Shown: positions 24,856-34,121, numbered from the stretch's first letter. The stretch is DNA of 40,000 nucleotides from an uncultured Chloroflexia bacterium (GCA_963716695.1 CAVQTT010000024.1:311562-351561), one strand, 5' to 3'. Translations and numbers: made by a program. The notes: generated from the sequence alone by a model not told the origin.

Positions 24856-27244
24856 ATGTCTGTCCCCCGCTCAAATCCCCGAAGGATCCTGATCAGTCTT
24901 GTTATCAGCCTGGTATGGCTGACTCTCGGTTATCAATCCGCCCTGGCTGATGGAATTGTTATCCCTGATCCCCCCCCTTTCCCTGAACCGATCACTTTTG
25001 AAGAAAACTGGCTGACGATCCGCTACCATCAGGTTTCAGTCACCATAGAAGGTCAAATTGCCGTGACCCGCATCGAGCAGGAATTCTTCAACCAGCATGA
25101 TTGGGAGGTCGAAGGCACTTATATCTTCCCCGTCCCCCCTGGAGCTTCGCTCACGGAATTTGTGATGTGGGTAGATGGGGTCCCGGTTGAGGGCAAACTG
25201 CTTCCTGCAGAAGAAGCCCGCCAGATCTATGAGGATATCGTCCGGGAAAGGAGGGACCCGGCTTTATTGGAGTACGTAGGCCAGGCTGCGGTCCAGGCCA
25301 GGATATTCCCAATCCCGGCCGGCGGATCGCGCCGGATCGACCTGGAATACAGCCAGGTCCTCGAGGTCGAGAATGGGATGGTGAAATATATTTACCCTTT
25401 GAATACAGAGAAGTTTTCCTCGCAGCCCCTCGAAAATTGCTCCATTAAAATTGAGCTGCTTTCGAAACTTCCCCTGCGCAGCCTCTACTCTCCCACCCAC
25501 CAGGACAGGATCTACGTCGAAAGAGATGGGGATCGGAGAGCCTTGATCAGTTATGAGGAACAGGATGTGCTGCCCGATCAGGATTTTGAATTGATCTACA
25601 CCATCAGTCAAGATGATATCGGGTTGAGCCTGCTGACCTATCCCGATCCAGATCTCGCCGACCGGCTGCAGAAGGAAGGTTACTTTTTGCTGATGGCTTC
25701 TCCAGCGGTGGAAGTTGACCAGATCATACCCCGGGATATCGTGCTGGTGCTGGATACCTCTGGCTCCATGGAAGGTGACAAGCTCTTGCAGGCCAAAGGC
25801 GCTGCCTCCTACGTGCTGGAACATCTCAACCAGGAAGATCGATTTAATGTGATTGCTTTTTCAACCGGGATCAAGAATTTTTCCCATCAGCTGGAGCCCC
25901 GAAGCCGGGCAGGTGAAGCCAACCAATGGCTGGAACGGCTGCCGGCCCTGGGGGGCACAAATATCAATCTGGCGCTGCTTGAGGCTTTGACCCAGAACAA
26001 GTTTGGGGGCGAATCGGGTTCGGATCGGCCATTGATTATTCTTTTCCTGACCGACGGTTTACCCACCGAGGGAGTCACAGAGGTTGAACAGATCCTCAGC
26101 AATGTCACCGGATCTGCTGATAGTAAAGTGCGGTTATTTGCATTCGGGGTAGGCGATGATGTGAACACTGAATTGCTGGATACCCTGGCGGGAGATCACC
26201 GCGGCCTGGTGCAGTACGTTCGCCCCGGGGAAAACATTGAAGAGGAAGTCTCAACACTGTACGGCCGAATCAAAACCCCGGTGCTGACAGATCTGAAACT
26301 CGATTTTGGCGATGTTCTGGTAGAGGAGATCTATCCACCCGTATTGCCGGACCTTTATTCAGGTTCCCAGTTGATCATCACCGGGCGTTATCGAATCCCG
26401 GGGGGAAGTACAGGTAGAACGAGAATTGATTTATCTGGCGCTGTCAACTCGCGGGAAGAAGAATATTCCTACCAGGTGAATTTTGATCCACCGGCCAGGA
26501 GCAGTGGGAGCCATGATTTTATTCCCCGCTTGTGGGCCACTCGCAAAATCGGCTATTTGCTGGGTCAGATCAGGCATCAAGGAGAAAATTCCGAATGGGT
26601 GGATGCCATCATCCAGCTTAGTCTTCGCTACGGTATCATCACGCCCTTATACTTCTTTCCTGATCCTGGAGCACGACATGTATGCCGGAGATGGTTTGGA
26701 TTCAGCCGCCGAGGAATTAATCCAGGTCTATTCCGGCCCCTCCATGGGCGCTGAAGCGGTAGACAAAGCAGATGCCGAATCTAATCTGCGATCGGCGGAG
26801 TCAATCCCCCAGCCAGCGTCCCCGAGTTTATATGCGGAAGGATATTCTGATCAGCCGGCCCTAAAATATGTGGGTGACAAAACATTTATCTACCAGGAAG
26901 GTGTCTGGATAGACAGCCAGTATGACCCCGGCACCATGGCATTAATCAAGATTGGTTTTGGATCTGAGGTTTATTTTGAACTGCTCTCTGTCCAACCAAC
27001 CCTGGGAAGAACCCTGGCACTGGGAAAGGAAATCATCTTTGTCGTCCAGGGAGAGGCTTACAGCATCGTGGATGGGGAGGGCGAAACGCAATACCTTCCT
27101 GAGGACCTGAGGAGTATCGAGTCCCCGGCTGATCTTCAGCCCCAGGGGCAAAACCCGGCAACTAAAGGTTTGCGCTCCCTGTGTACTGCTCCCCTGTTGG
27201 TGGGATTGGCCTGGTTCGGATGGCGCAAGGCAAAGACTATTTGA
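24856..27244 (+). pseudogene. VIT-domain + von Willebrand factor A domain protein with signal peptide and C-terminal TM anchor; one +1 frameshift at CCC 26644-26646
   Basis: It starts MSVPRSNPRRILISLVISLVWL after a GGAGGAG Shine-Dalgarno. The VIT domain reads WLTIRYHQVSVTIEGQIAVT and the vWA MIDAS motif LVLDTSGSM. The frames join as RYGIITP / YTSFLILEHDMY, and the tail is LLVGLAWFGWRKAKTI. Confidence 0.8.
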
Positions 27245-27260
27245 TCCTTCTCCAATAACC

Positions 27261-27288
27261 AAAATCCGCGGCAATTACCGCGGATTTT
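27261..27288. terminator. Bidirectional rho-independent terminator between convergent genes
   Basis: Perfect hairpin AAAATCCGCGG-caatta-CCGCGGATTTT, flanked by A-run and T-run. Confidence 0.8.
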
Positions 27289-27310
27289 GGTATTGGATCC
27301 CAGCTTTAAT

Positions 27311-27580
27311 TTATTGGCTATCTTTTGTAGTGATTTTGGATATCAGCTTGTTGTAGATCCAGGCCACAAACAGACCGATCAAAAAACCGTCTAGAAAACC
27401 CCAAAGAAATCCTACTATGCTGCCAGCAGGACTTAAGGACCAACCCCTGTACATACGGCCGATGATGGTGATTTCGTGGGTGATGCCGTCAAAAATCATC
27501 ATCCACCAGGTCAGGGCAAACCAATTGATTCCCCACACCAATCCAGCGGCAATCGCAAAGGCTTTAATATTTAGTTTCAT
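27311..27580 (-). CDS. Small 2-3 TM membrane protein of unknown function
   Basis: 89 aa, hydrophobic. I recognise no catalytic motif. Confidence 0.6.
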   Translation of the reverse strand: MKLNIKAFAIAAGLVWGINWFALTWWMMIFDGITHEITIIGRMYRGWSLSPAGSIVGFLWGFLDGFLIGLFVAWIYNKLISKITTKDSQ

Positions 27581-27856
27581 GGTTTTCTCCCTCGACTGGG
27601 TTTGGTAAATTGATTATACAGAAAAACCCCCTGGTTAGGTGAATTTCAGGTCAGATTTACTTATCGACCTGACCTCTCCGATAAGAAACCCGCATAATAA
27701 AATGTGAAATAAGTCACCTACCTCTTCCCGAATCTTGTCGTAACATGGTATCATGTTGCTTGTTACGCCAAGGGCATTGTGAATTATTGTACAAATAAGG
27801 ACCTTGGGATCGAGACCCTCAATTAATGGTATGGATCAGTTCAGGAGTGTTGGTAG

Positions 27857-29092
27857 ATGAAGACTTTTTTGATTTTAGGCGGTGGCACTGGCGGCACCAT
27901 GGTCGCCCACAAAATGGCCCAGAAATTGGATCTCCGGGAATGGGACATTATTGTTGTGGATCGGGAGGAAACCCATTATTATCAGCCGGGATTTCTATTT
28001 ATCCCCTTTGATATATATACCCGGGCGGATGTTGAAAAACCCAAGCGGGATTTTATCCCCCGGGGAGTGCAATTGATCTTGTCGGATATCGAGCTGATCG
28101 AGCCTGACAAGAATCAAGTCAGATTATCCAGGGACAAGCAGGTGATCCAATATGATTACCTGGTAATTGCCACTGGTACCAATATCCAGCCCGGACAAAC
28201 TGAAGGCCTGCTGGATGGGGGTGGGTGGCGCAAGAACATCTTCGATTTTTACACTGCTGATGGAGCAGAAGCCCTGGCTGCCTACCTGGATACCTGGGAA
28301 GGTGGGCGGATGGTGGTGAATGTGGCTGAGATGCCTATCAAGTGCCCGGTCGCTCCCCTGGAATTTGTATTCCTGGCTGACTGGTATTTCCATAAAAAAG
28401 GCTTGCGCGATAAGGTCGAGATCGTTTTTGCCACTCCCCTGGATGGCGCTTTTACCAAACCGATAGCCTCCAAGGTCCTGGGCGGCATGATGGAGGAAAA
28501 AGGGATCAAGATCGAGCCCGATTTTAACATTGGGGAGGTCGATAATCAAAAAGGGGCTATTTATTCCTGGGACCAGCGGGAGATCGAGTATGATCTGCTG
28601 GTCACCATCCCCACCAATATGGGATCAGAGCTGATCGCCAAATCTGGAATGGGGGATGAGCTGAATTATGTCCCGATCGATAAACATACCCTGCAGTCCA
28701 AAAAATGGGAAAACATCTGGGTGATTGGTGATGCCGGGACAGCCCCGACCTCAAAAGCCGGTTCGGTTGCCCATTTTATGCTGGACGTTTTGATCGAGAA
28801 TCTGCAGCTGCACATGGCAGGCAAGGAGCTGAAACCCGCCTTTGATGGCCATGCCAATTGTTTTATCGAATCGGGTTTTAACAAAGGCATCCTGATCGAT
28901 TTCAATTATGACGTCGAGCCCCTGCCGGGAGCATTCCCGCTGCCGGGGGTGGGCCCGTTTGCGCTGCTGAGTGAGTCGGTCATCAATCACTGGGGAAAAA
29001 TGGGATTCCGCTGGGCCTACTGGAACATCCTCCTCAAAGGACGTTATCTCCCCATCTCCAACCAGATGACCATGAATGGAAAGAAACAGTAA
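27857..29092 (+). CDS. FAD-dependent pyridine nucleotide-disulfide oxidoreductase, sulfide:quinone oxidoreductase-like
   Basis: 411 aa. It has the N-terminal dinucleotide fold FLILGGGTGGTMVA, the conserved MPIKCPVAPLEF cysteine region and the second motif VIGDAGTAPTSKAGS. Confidence 0.75.
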   Translation: MKTFLILGGGTGGTMVAHKMAQKLDLREWDIIVVDREETHYYQPGFLFIPFDIYTRADVEKPKRDFIPRGVQLILSDIELIEPDKNQVRLSRDKQVIQYDYLVIATGTNIQPGQTEGLLDGGGWRKNIFDFYTADGAEALAAYLDTWEGGRMVVNVAEMPIKCPVAPLEFVFLADWYFHKKGLRDKVEIVFATPLDGAFTKPIASKVLGGMMEEKGIKIEPDFNIGEVDNQKGAIYSWDQREIEYDLLVTIPTNMGSELIAKSGMGDELNYVPIDKHTLQSKKWENIWVIGDAGTAPTSKAGSVAHFMLDVLIENLQLHMAGKELKPAFDGHANCFIESGFNKGILIDFNYDVEPLPGAFPLPGVGPFALLSESVINHWGKMGFRWAYWNILLKGRYLPISNQMTMNGKKQ

Positions 29093-29219
29093 GAACAGCG
29101 GCTTGATCATCGTCAATGCGCTGAGAAAGGATTAATCAAACACTGATCCGGAGGGGTTGGATCCCGCAGGGAAACACCCGGATCTATAAGGATCAGTTTC
29201 TATCACAAGGAGAATAATT

Positions 29220-29528
29220 ATGTCCCCAGATATACTCGATACCGTCGAATTTGATGATGATGGATTTATGGTTGATGCTGGAGCCTGGACCAAGGATGTT
29301 GGTGAGGCTATCGCTGAAGCCCTCGAGATCAAATTGTCTGATCGGCATTGGGATGTGATCAACTTTGCCAGGAAGGATTTCCTGGAAAGTGGTGAACCGC
29401 CGACCCTGAGGCGCATCACCCAGCAAGCCAATGTCAGTATGAAAGAAATGTATCAATTATTCCCCGACGGACCGGCCAAATTGGCCGCAAATATCGCCGG
29501 GCTGAAAAAACCCACTGGTTGTATCTAG
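29220..29528 (+). CDS. TusE/DsrC-family sulfur-relay protein
   Basis: 102 aa. It contains HWDVINFARKDFLESGEPPTLRRI and a flexible C-terminal arm ending KKPTGCI, with a single penultimate-region Cys (TusE-like rather than two-Cys DsrC). Confidence 0.8.
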   Translation: MSPDILDTVEFDDDGFMVDAGAWTKDVGEAIAEALEIKLSDRHWDVINFARKDFLESGEPPTLRRITQQANVSMKEMYQLFPDGPAKLAANIAGLKKPTGCI

Positions 29529-29547
29529 GTCATAAAAGGAGATTAAG

Positions 29548-30060
29548 ATGGCAAAACCATCCAAGGCTTTACATCAGAGTTCAGGAGCCACCGGGAACAG
29601 GAAATTGGCTTTAATTGCATCCAAAGGATCCCTGGATATGGCATATCCGCCCTTGATCCTGGCAAACGCAGCCAGAATGAGCGGGATCGATGTTGAAATG
29701 TTCTTTACTTTTTGGGGGTTGGACATCATCACCAAAAAGAAAATGAAGGGACTAACCGTGGCTACTGTTGGTAATCCCAACATGCATCCCTGGTTTGGAA
29801 TCCCCACACTATTGGGCGCATTGCCCGGAATTTCAGCCGCTGCTTCCTGGATGATGCGGGGTGAAATCAAAAAACTGGGCTTCCCCCCGGTGCCCGAGTT
29901 TATGGAGCTGATCATGGATGCGGGCGCAAATGTTTATGGCTGCAAAATGTCCATGGATATGATGAAACTGACCCAGGATGATCTGATCGATGGTTCGACT
30001 GTGTTGGGAGCAATGGAATTTATGGACCTGACCGAAGGTGCCCAGATCGTATTTGTCTGA
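29548..30060 (+). CDS. DsrE/DsrF-like family protein (DsrE2-type)
   Basis: 170 aa. KLALIASKGSLDMAYPPLILANAA...MFFTFWGL and the YGCKMSMD Cys region are typical of DsrE-like sulfurtransferases. Confidence 0.75.
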   Translation: MAKPSKALHQSSGATGNRKLALIASKGSLDMAYPPLILANAARMSGIDVEMFFTFWGLDIITKKKMKGLTVATVGNPNMHPWFGIPTLLGALPGISAAASWMMRGEIKKLGFPPVPEFMELIMDAGANVYGCKMSMDMMKLTQDDLIDGSTVLGAMEFMDLTEGAQIVFV

Positions 30061-30080
30061 TCGGCTTATGTCTGGGAATT

Positions 30081-30117
30081 AAAAACAGCCTTCAGTATCT
30101 ACTGGAGGCTGTTTTAT
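30081..30117. terminator. Bidirectional rho-independent terminator
   Basis: aaaaACAGCCTTCAGTAtcTACTGGAGGCTGTtttatta has a 13-bp stem with one A/G mismatch, between convergent genes. Confidence 0.7.
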
Positions 30118-30762
30118 TATTTCTTTGGATCTTCTTTATCCGCTTTTTTACCGGCTGTAGCAGCCAGATGGTATTTGCTGGGGCTTTCGCTGTCATGGAA
30201 ACCACACAGAATGATCAGGGCATTGGTGACCGTTTTGCCGGGGTTATGCCATTTATGCTCCAGGGTAGCAGAAAACACCAGGGCATCACCAGATTCCAGG
30301 CGGTAGGATATTCTCACCTACTTCGTACACCAGCTCTCCCCGCAGGCAAAAGACAAATTCATGGCCGGAGTGGGCCATCGAAAACCTGCCGCTGCTGGTA
30401 CCGGCCTCCAGGGTGACCATAAAAGGCTCCACGGTTCCGGAAAACTGCTCGCCGCCTAGTCCCTCCCATAATCCCCTGTGGAGGGGGATCCGCTTCCGCT
30501 CATTGGATTTAACCAGCACAACATCCAATTGATCCGGCGCACCTTCAAAAAAAGCAGTCACCGGGATTTCGAGGGCAGTTGAGATCTTGTACAGCGTGCT
30601 TACGGAAGGCGAGGATAATCCGCGTTCGATCACACTCAAGGCGTTGGCTGATAATCCACTGATCCTGCCCAGGGCCCGAATAGAAAGGCCTCTTTCTTCC
30701 CTAAGTTCCTTTAGCCGTTCGCTGATGTCCACTGAACTGGCATTTTGATCGTACATATTCAT
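30117..30762 (-). pseudogene. XRE-family HTH + cupin-domain transcriptional regulator with one +1 frameshift near 30305-30306
   Basis: The N-terminal HTH reads LSIRALGRISGLSANALSVIERG. The cupin domain is split: ...CLRGELVYEVGEN / (I)YRLESGDALVFSATLEHKWHNPG continues in the next frame (ORF 30117-30317). Confidence 0.75.
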
Positions 30763-30940
30763 AGATCCTCTTTGGTTAGCTAGACCTGATTATATCAAAA
30801 TATTCATAGCTTCTGGTTTTTAGAACCGCAGATGGCCGTTTTAGATTCGCCAAAAGATGGATAAAGTCAAAACGTGCAACTTTTGGTACCTGCCGGCGTA
30901 TATCTAGCATAAAATCGGATCTTAGTCAGGAGAAAATCAG

Positions 30941-31192
30941 ATGAATTCAGAATATAAGCGGCTCTACCGATCAGTGGATGATCGGATGATCGCCGGTGTT
31001 TGTGCGGGAATTGGGGTTTATTTCGATATCGATCCCACCCTGGTGCGCCTGCTGTTTGCATTGGGCTTTTTTGTCACCGGGAGCGGTTTGTTCTGGATAT
31101 ACGTGATTATGATGATCGTGGTTCCAGAAACCGTGCCCGCATCCCAGGATATTATCACCACAGATGCCGAAGATATTCCGGCAGACAAATAA
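30941..31192 (+). CDS. PspC-domain membrane protein
   Basis: 83 aa. RLYRSVDDRMIAGVCAGIGVYFDIDPTLVRLLF is the PspC-domain signature, followed by a TM helix. Confidence 0.88.
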   Translation: MNSEYKRLYRSVDDRMIAGVCAGIGVYFDIDPTLVRLLFALGFFVTGSGLFWIYVIMMIVVPETVPASQDIITTDAEDIPADK

Positions 31193-31208
31193 AGGATCCA
31201 AACCTGAT

Positions 31209-31240
31209 AAAAAGAGCCCGGAGATCTCCGGGCTCTTTTT
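31209..31240. terminator. Bidirectional rho-independent terminator
   Basis: Perfect hairpin aaaaAGAGCCCGGAgatcTCCGGGCTCTtttt between convergent pspC-like and LiaX-like operon genes. Confidence 0.85.
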
Positions 31241-31265
31241 GGATCAGCATCAATCCAGGTCGATC

Positions 31266-31652
31266 CTATTCGATGAAGATCTCTACATGCTCTTGATCTT
31301 CTTCGTCGATCACATCCACGATCTTCCCGCTCATGTTCTCTGCCAGGGCTTCCTTGACGGCCTCCATCATCTGGGCATTCTCCATTTCCGGAATGAATTG
31401 GGCAGCGATATTCAACCCGGCGTCGACCAATTTCATCGGTACATTGACATTGACCTTGGTTTTCCCGGTAGCCATATCTGTCACCCTCACCCGCAGCATT
31501 TGGCCTGCCAGGGAGTGCTTGGGTGATTTCCGGGGTTTATCGCTTCGCTGCGAGAGGGCCGATAATAGCTGAGAACCTTCATCGGCAGTGATTTTTCCGT
31601 CATTGATCATTTTTAGGATTTTCATCCGTTCTTCGCTGGTAACCATACTCAT
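31266..31652 (-). CDS. Small soluble protein with LiaX/YvlB-N-terminal (SHOCT-like) helix motif
   Basis: 128 aa. The N-terminus reads SEERMKILKMINDGKITADEGSQLLSAL. It is the last gene of the operon. Confidence 0.7.
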   Translation of the reverse strand: MSMVTSEERMKILKMINDGKITADEGSQLLSALSQRSDKPRKSPKHSLAGQMLRVRVTDMATGKTKVNVNVPMKLVDAGLNIAAQFIPEMENAQMMEAVKEALAENMSGKIVDVIDEEDQEHVEIFIE

Positions 31653-31674
31653 TCTCCTCGCTCAGGGCTGATAA

Positions 31675-32289
31675 TCACCCGATAAAAACTTTAATTTCTT
31701 CTCCATCCTCGTCATCACTGATATCGATGCTCAGGGGAGGATCTCCAGGCCCCCTGCGTTCCAGGGCCAGGATGACCTCATCCACTCCTGTGGCGTCCAT
31801 TCCGGGTAGATGACTGCCAAAATTCCTGATGGCCCAGGCCAGAAACCGGATCGGGAGCGGCAGGCTGATTGCGATCCTCCGGGGAGATTCTCCTGGTTTT
31901 TGATTAATCCTGATATGCACCCAGGGTCCGGTCTGGCTGTTCCAGCCCAGTACCATGGTGCCTACGCCGATCAGGAAGGGGATCCAGGCCAGAATAAATC
32001 CGGCTCCCAGGCCCTTCGCCGACCAGGCCGTATACATCAGGGCTCCTCCCAGGGTGGTCAGGGCTGCCCCAATCCCAAAGGGGATTGTCCACCAGTTATT
32101 ATCTCGATCGATGTCTTCCCCGATATCGTTTGGCACAGCGTCCGTTGGCTCGAAGACCAGCCCGGAATCCAGCTCATCTTCATCCCAGGTTTCACCCAGG
32201 GCTTCGATGAGCTTTAATCCTTCCTGGGGGCTGATGGTCCCACGCTGGATCATTTCCAATATCTCTAATCTTTCATCAGATGATGTCAT
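31675..32289 (-). CDS. Membrane protein with LiaX/YvlB-N-terminal (SHOCT-like) motif and 2-3 TM helices
   Basis: 204 aa. The N-terminus reads SDERLEILEMIQRGTISPQEGLKLIEAL. It shares an ATGA overlap with the upstream gene. Confidence 0.7.
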   Translation of the reverse strand: MTSSDERLEILEMIQRGTISPQEGLKLIEALGETWDEDELDSGLVFEPTDAVPNDIGEDIDRDNNWWTIPFGIGAALTTLGGALMYTAWSAKGLGAGFILAWIPFLIGVGTMVLGWNSQTGPWVHIRINQKPGESPRRIAISLPLPIRFLAWAIRNFGSHLPGMDATGVDEVILALERRGPGDPPLSIDISDDEDGEEIKVFIG

Positions 32290-33515
32290 GGTTTTTTCTT
32301 GCCCTCCAGGGCCTGTAACAGGTTGTCGGCCTCCTCGGGGGAGATCTTCTTTTCCTGCAGCATATTCAGGATTAACATGCGTTCGTCGGCAGAGATCGAT
32401 TGTTTTTGATCTCGGGATCTGAGGAAGCGATCCAGGTCAAATTCCTTGGCTTTGGATTTGATCTTCAAAGCCTGCTTGCGGGCGATGGCGAATTTCTTTT
32501 CGACTTTGGCCTGGGCTTTGACAGCGGCAATTTCTGCTTTTTTGGCTGTATCCCGGCTGGCTTCCTCGATCTGGGTAGCTAACCTTTGAAGGTTCTCCTC
32601 CGAGATGCCGATCGATTCCAGGGAATCAGACAACCCTGATAAGGATTTATTTAAATCATCTTCCAGGTGGCTGAAGTGACTTCTGATCTGGTCGGCAGTT
32701 TGGGCAGAAAAATCCACTGCCAGATCCTCGAATTCATCAGCGTTCAGTTTGAGGTTCTTCAGCCAGGTGAATTCATCACCAGACAGGAAGACTTTTCCGC
32801 CGGCATGCAGCTGCAGATCCGGTCCACCTTCCCCGATCTGCTGGTGATATTTTTTTTCCTTCAATTTTAGATCTATATCTCCAACGATCACGGTTATATC
32901 CTTGGCCTCGCTTGTGATCGTCAGATCTACCGGAGTTTCATCTGGAATGGTTGCGGAGATATCCCCTCCCGACTTGACGTGGTAGGCTTGCCAGGGGACA
33001 GGGTGGAAGCTCAGGCGAGCTTCTCCGCCAGCCGATAACTCAATTCCTCCCCCGATCTTTTCCAAATAGGCGTCTCCCCCAATTCTTTGGAGGGAGATCT
33101 GACCCTTGATATTTTCCGCAAATCCATCCCCCCCGGTGTTTTTGACTCGCAAATCACCCTGAACCCGATTGGCGGTCAGATCGCCACCGATTGAATCGAC
33201 CGTTACTGAACCAACATCAATCAAGCTCAGGTCCCCTCCCACGCTGGAGATTTCCAGCTCTCCCCGGATCCCCCGAAGTGACGCATCACCCCCGACGGAC
33301 TGGATCTTGGCAGTCAGAGAATGAGGAATGTGGACATAGGCATCACCCGCCATGGTCAAGCTGAGCAGATTTTTTTTCTTTTTAACGGAGTCCTGATCCG
33401 AGATTTCCTTAATGCGAATGTCGTCCCGGTTCCAGCCAACAAGATACAGATTTCCTCCTGTGCTGAGGACCTCCAGGCTGGTTAAGTCTTCCTGGGCAAT
33501 GATCTGTTCGGCCAT
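32286..33515 (-). CDS. DUF4097-type beta-strand-repeat protein (YvlB/LiaX C-terminal-domain-like) with coiled-coil and C-terminal SHOCT-like motif
   Basis: Repeated GGD(L/A/I)(S/T/Y) beta-solenoid units (SVGGDASL, SVGGDLSL, SIGGDLTA, NTGGDGFA, RIGGDAYL, SGGDISA). The C-terminus reads ADERMLILNMLQEKKISPEEADNLLQAL. ATG 33515 follows a GAGGGA Shine-Dalgarno, 1 nt after the upstream stop. Confidence 0.8.
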   Translation of the reverse strand: MAEQIIAQEDLTSLEVLSTGGNLYLVGWNRDDIRIKEISDQDSVKKKKNLLSLTMAGDAYVHIPHSLTAKIQSVGGDASLRGIRGELEISSVGGDLSLIDVGSVTVDSIGGDLTANRVQGDLRVKNTGGDGFAENIKGQISLQRIGGDAYLEKIGGGIELSAGGEARLSFHPVPWQAYHVKSGGDISATIPDETPVDLTITSEAKDITVIVGDIDLKLKEKKYHQQIGEGGPDLQLHAGGKVFLSGDEFTWLKNLKLNADEFEDLAVDFSAQTADQIRSHFSHLEDDLNKSLSGLSDSLESIGISEENLQRLATQIEEASRDTAKKAEIAAVKAQAKVEKKFAIARKQALKIKSKAKEFDLDRFLRSRDQKQSISADERMLILNMLQEKKISPEEADNLLQALEGKKKP

Positions 33516-33516
33516 A

Positions 33517-33903
33517 TTAATTTCCCTCGTCACTAAGCTGCTTCATGGCCTCATCGTAGCTGATCTTGCCTTCATCCAGATCGCTGAGGATCTGCTGGCG
33601 TTCTTCATCAGATAGCGTAGAGAGCTCATCCTCACCCCCTGGTTCATAACCCAGGGCCTGGATAACATCATGCAGTTTTTTCCGGATGGTTGGATAAGAA
33701 ACCTCAAGCTCCTTCTCCATGTGTTTGATCTTGCCTTCCAGGCGGACGAAGGTTTCCACAAAATCCATCTGTTCGGGTGTGAGCTGGGAAAATGTCCGGG
33801 AAGAGAATCGCCCATCGATCGTTGTATTGCAGTCCCGGCAGTTGATCCGGGTGACAACAATTTCGCCCTGGCAGATGGGACATTGAGATGGTAAGGGGTG
33901 CAT
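33517..33903 (-). CDS. DUF2089-type zinc-ribbon + HTH protein with C-terminal SHOCT-like motif
   Basis: 128 aa. It has the zinc ribbon CPICQGEIVVTRINCRDC, then LTPEQMDFVETFVRLEGKIKHMEKELEVSYPTIRKKL, then SDEERQQILSDLDEGKISYDEAMKQL. Confidence 0.8.
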   Translation of the reverse strand: MHPLPSQCPICQGEIVVTRINCRDCNTTIDGRFSSRTFSQLTPEQMDFVETFVRLEGKIKHMEKELEVSYPTIRKKLHDVIQALGYEPGGEDELSTLSDEERQQILSDLDEGKISYDEAMKQLSDEGN

Positions 33904-33932
33904 GGTTTGCTCCTTTAAAGATGCCTGATTGC

Positions 33933-34121
33933 TTAATGTGCCAACTGGGCCCGTCTGACCAATAACTGGCCAGACTGGATCAATAGCTGACCGATCAGAT
34001 TGTTTATCCGGGCCATCCCGGGAGCTGATCTTTTTAATGATCTCAGCAGGCGGTATTGTTCTGCCTGTTTCTGAAGTTCGATCTGCCGGGTGTTGATTTC
34101 ATTTAAGTCTGTTGTAAACAT
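33933..34121 (-). CDS. Small protein (62 aa), paralog B of a tandem pair; unknown function
   Basis: MFTTDLNEINTRQIELQKQAEQYRLLRSL...IGQLLIQSGQLLVRRAQLAH. A GGAGG Shine-Dalgarno lies 7 nt upstream. Confidence 0.65.
   Translation of the reverse strand: MFTTDLNEINTRQIELQKQAEQYRLLRSLKRSAPGMARINNLIGQLLIQSGQLLVRRAQLAH

Noticed and set aside
25264-26168. Antisense ORFs 25264-25824 (186 aa) and 25887-26168 inside the VIT-vWA gene.
   Set aside because: They are the opposite strand of a gene with clear VIT and vWA motifs. Long antisense ORFs are expected in GC-rich coding sequence.
21625-30762. Programmed ribosomal frameshifting as the explanation for the split genes (gatA, methyltransferase, VIT-vWA, XRE-cupin).
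   Set aside because: No slippery heptamer or downstream structure is evident. Five unrelated sites in four genes all show the same single-base homopolymer insertion, which is far more consistent with a technical artefact.
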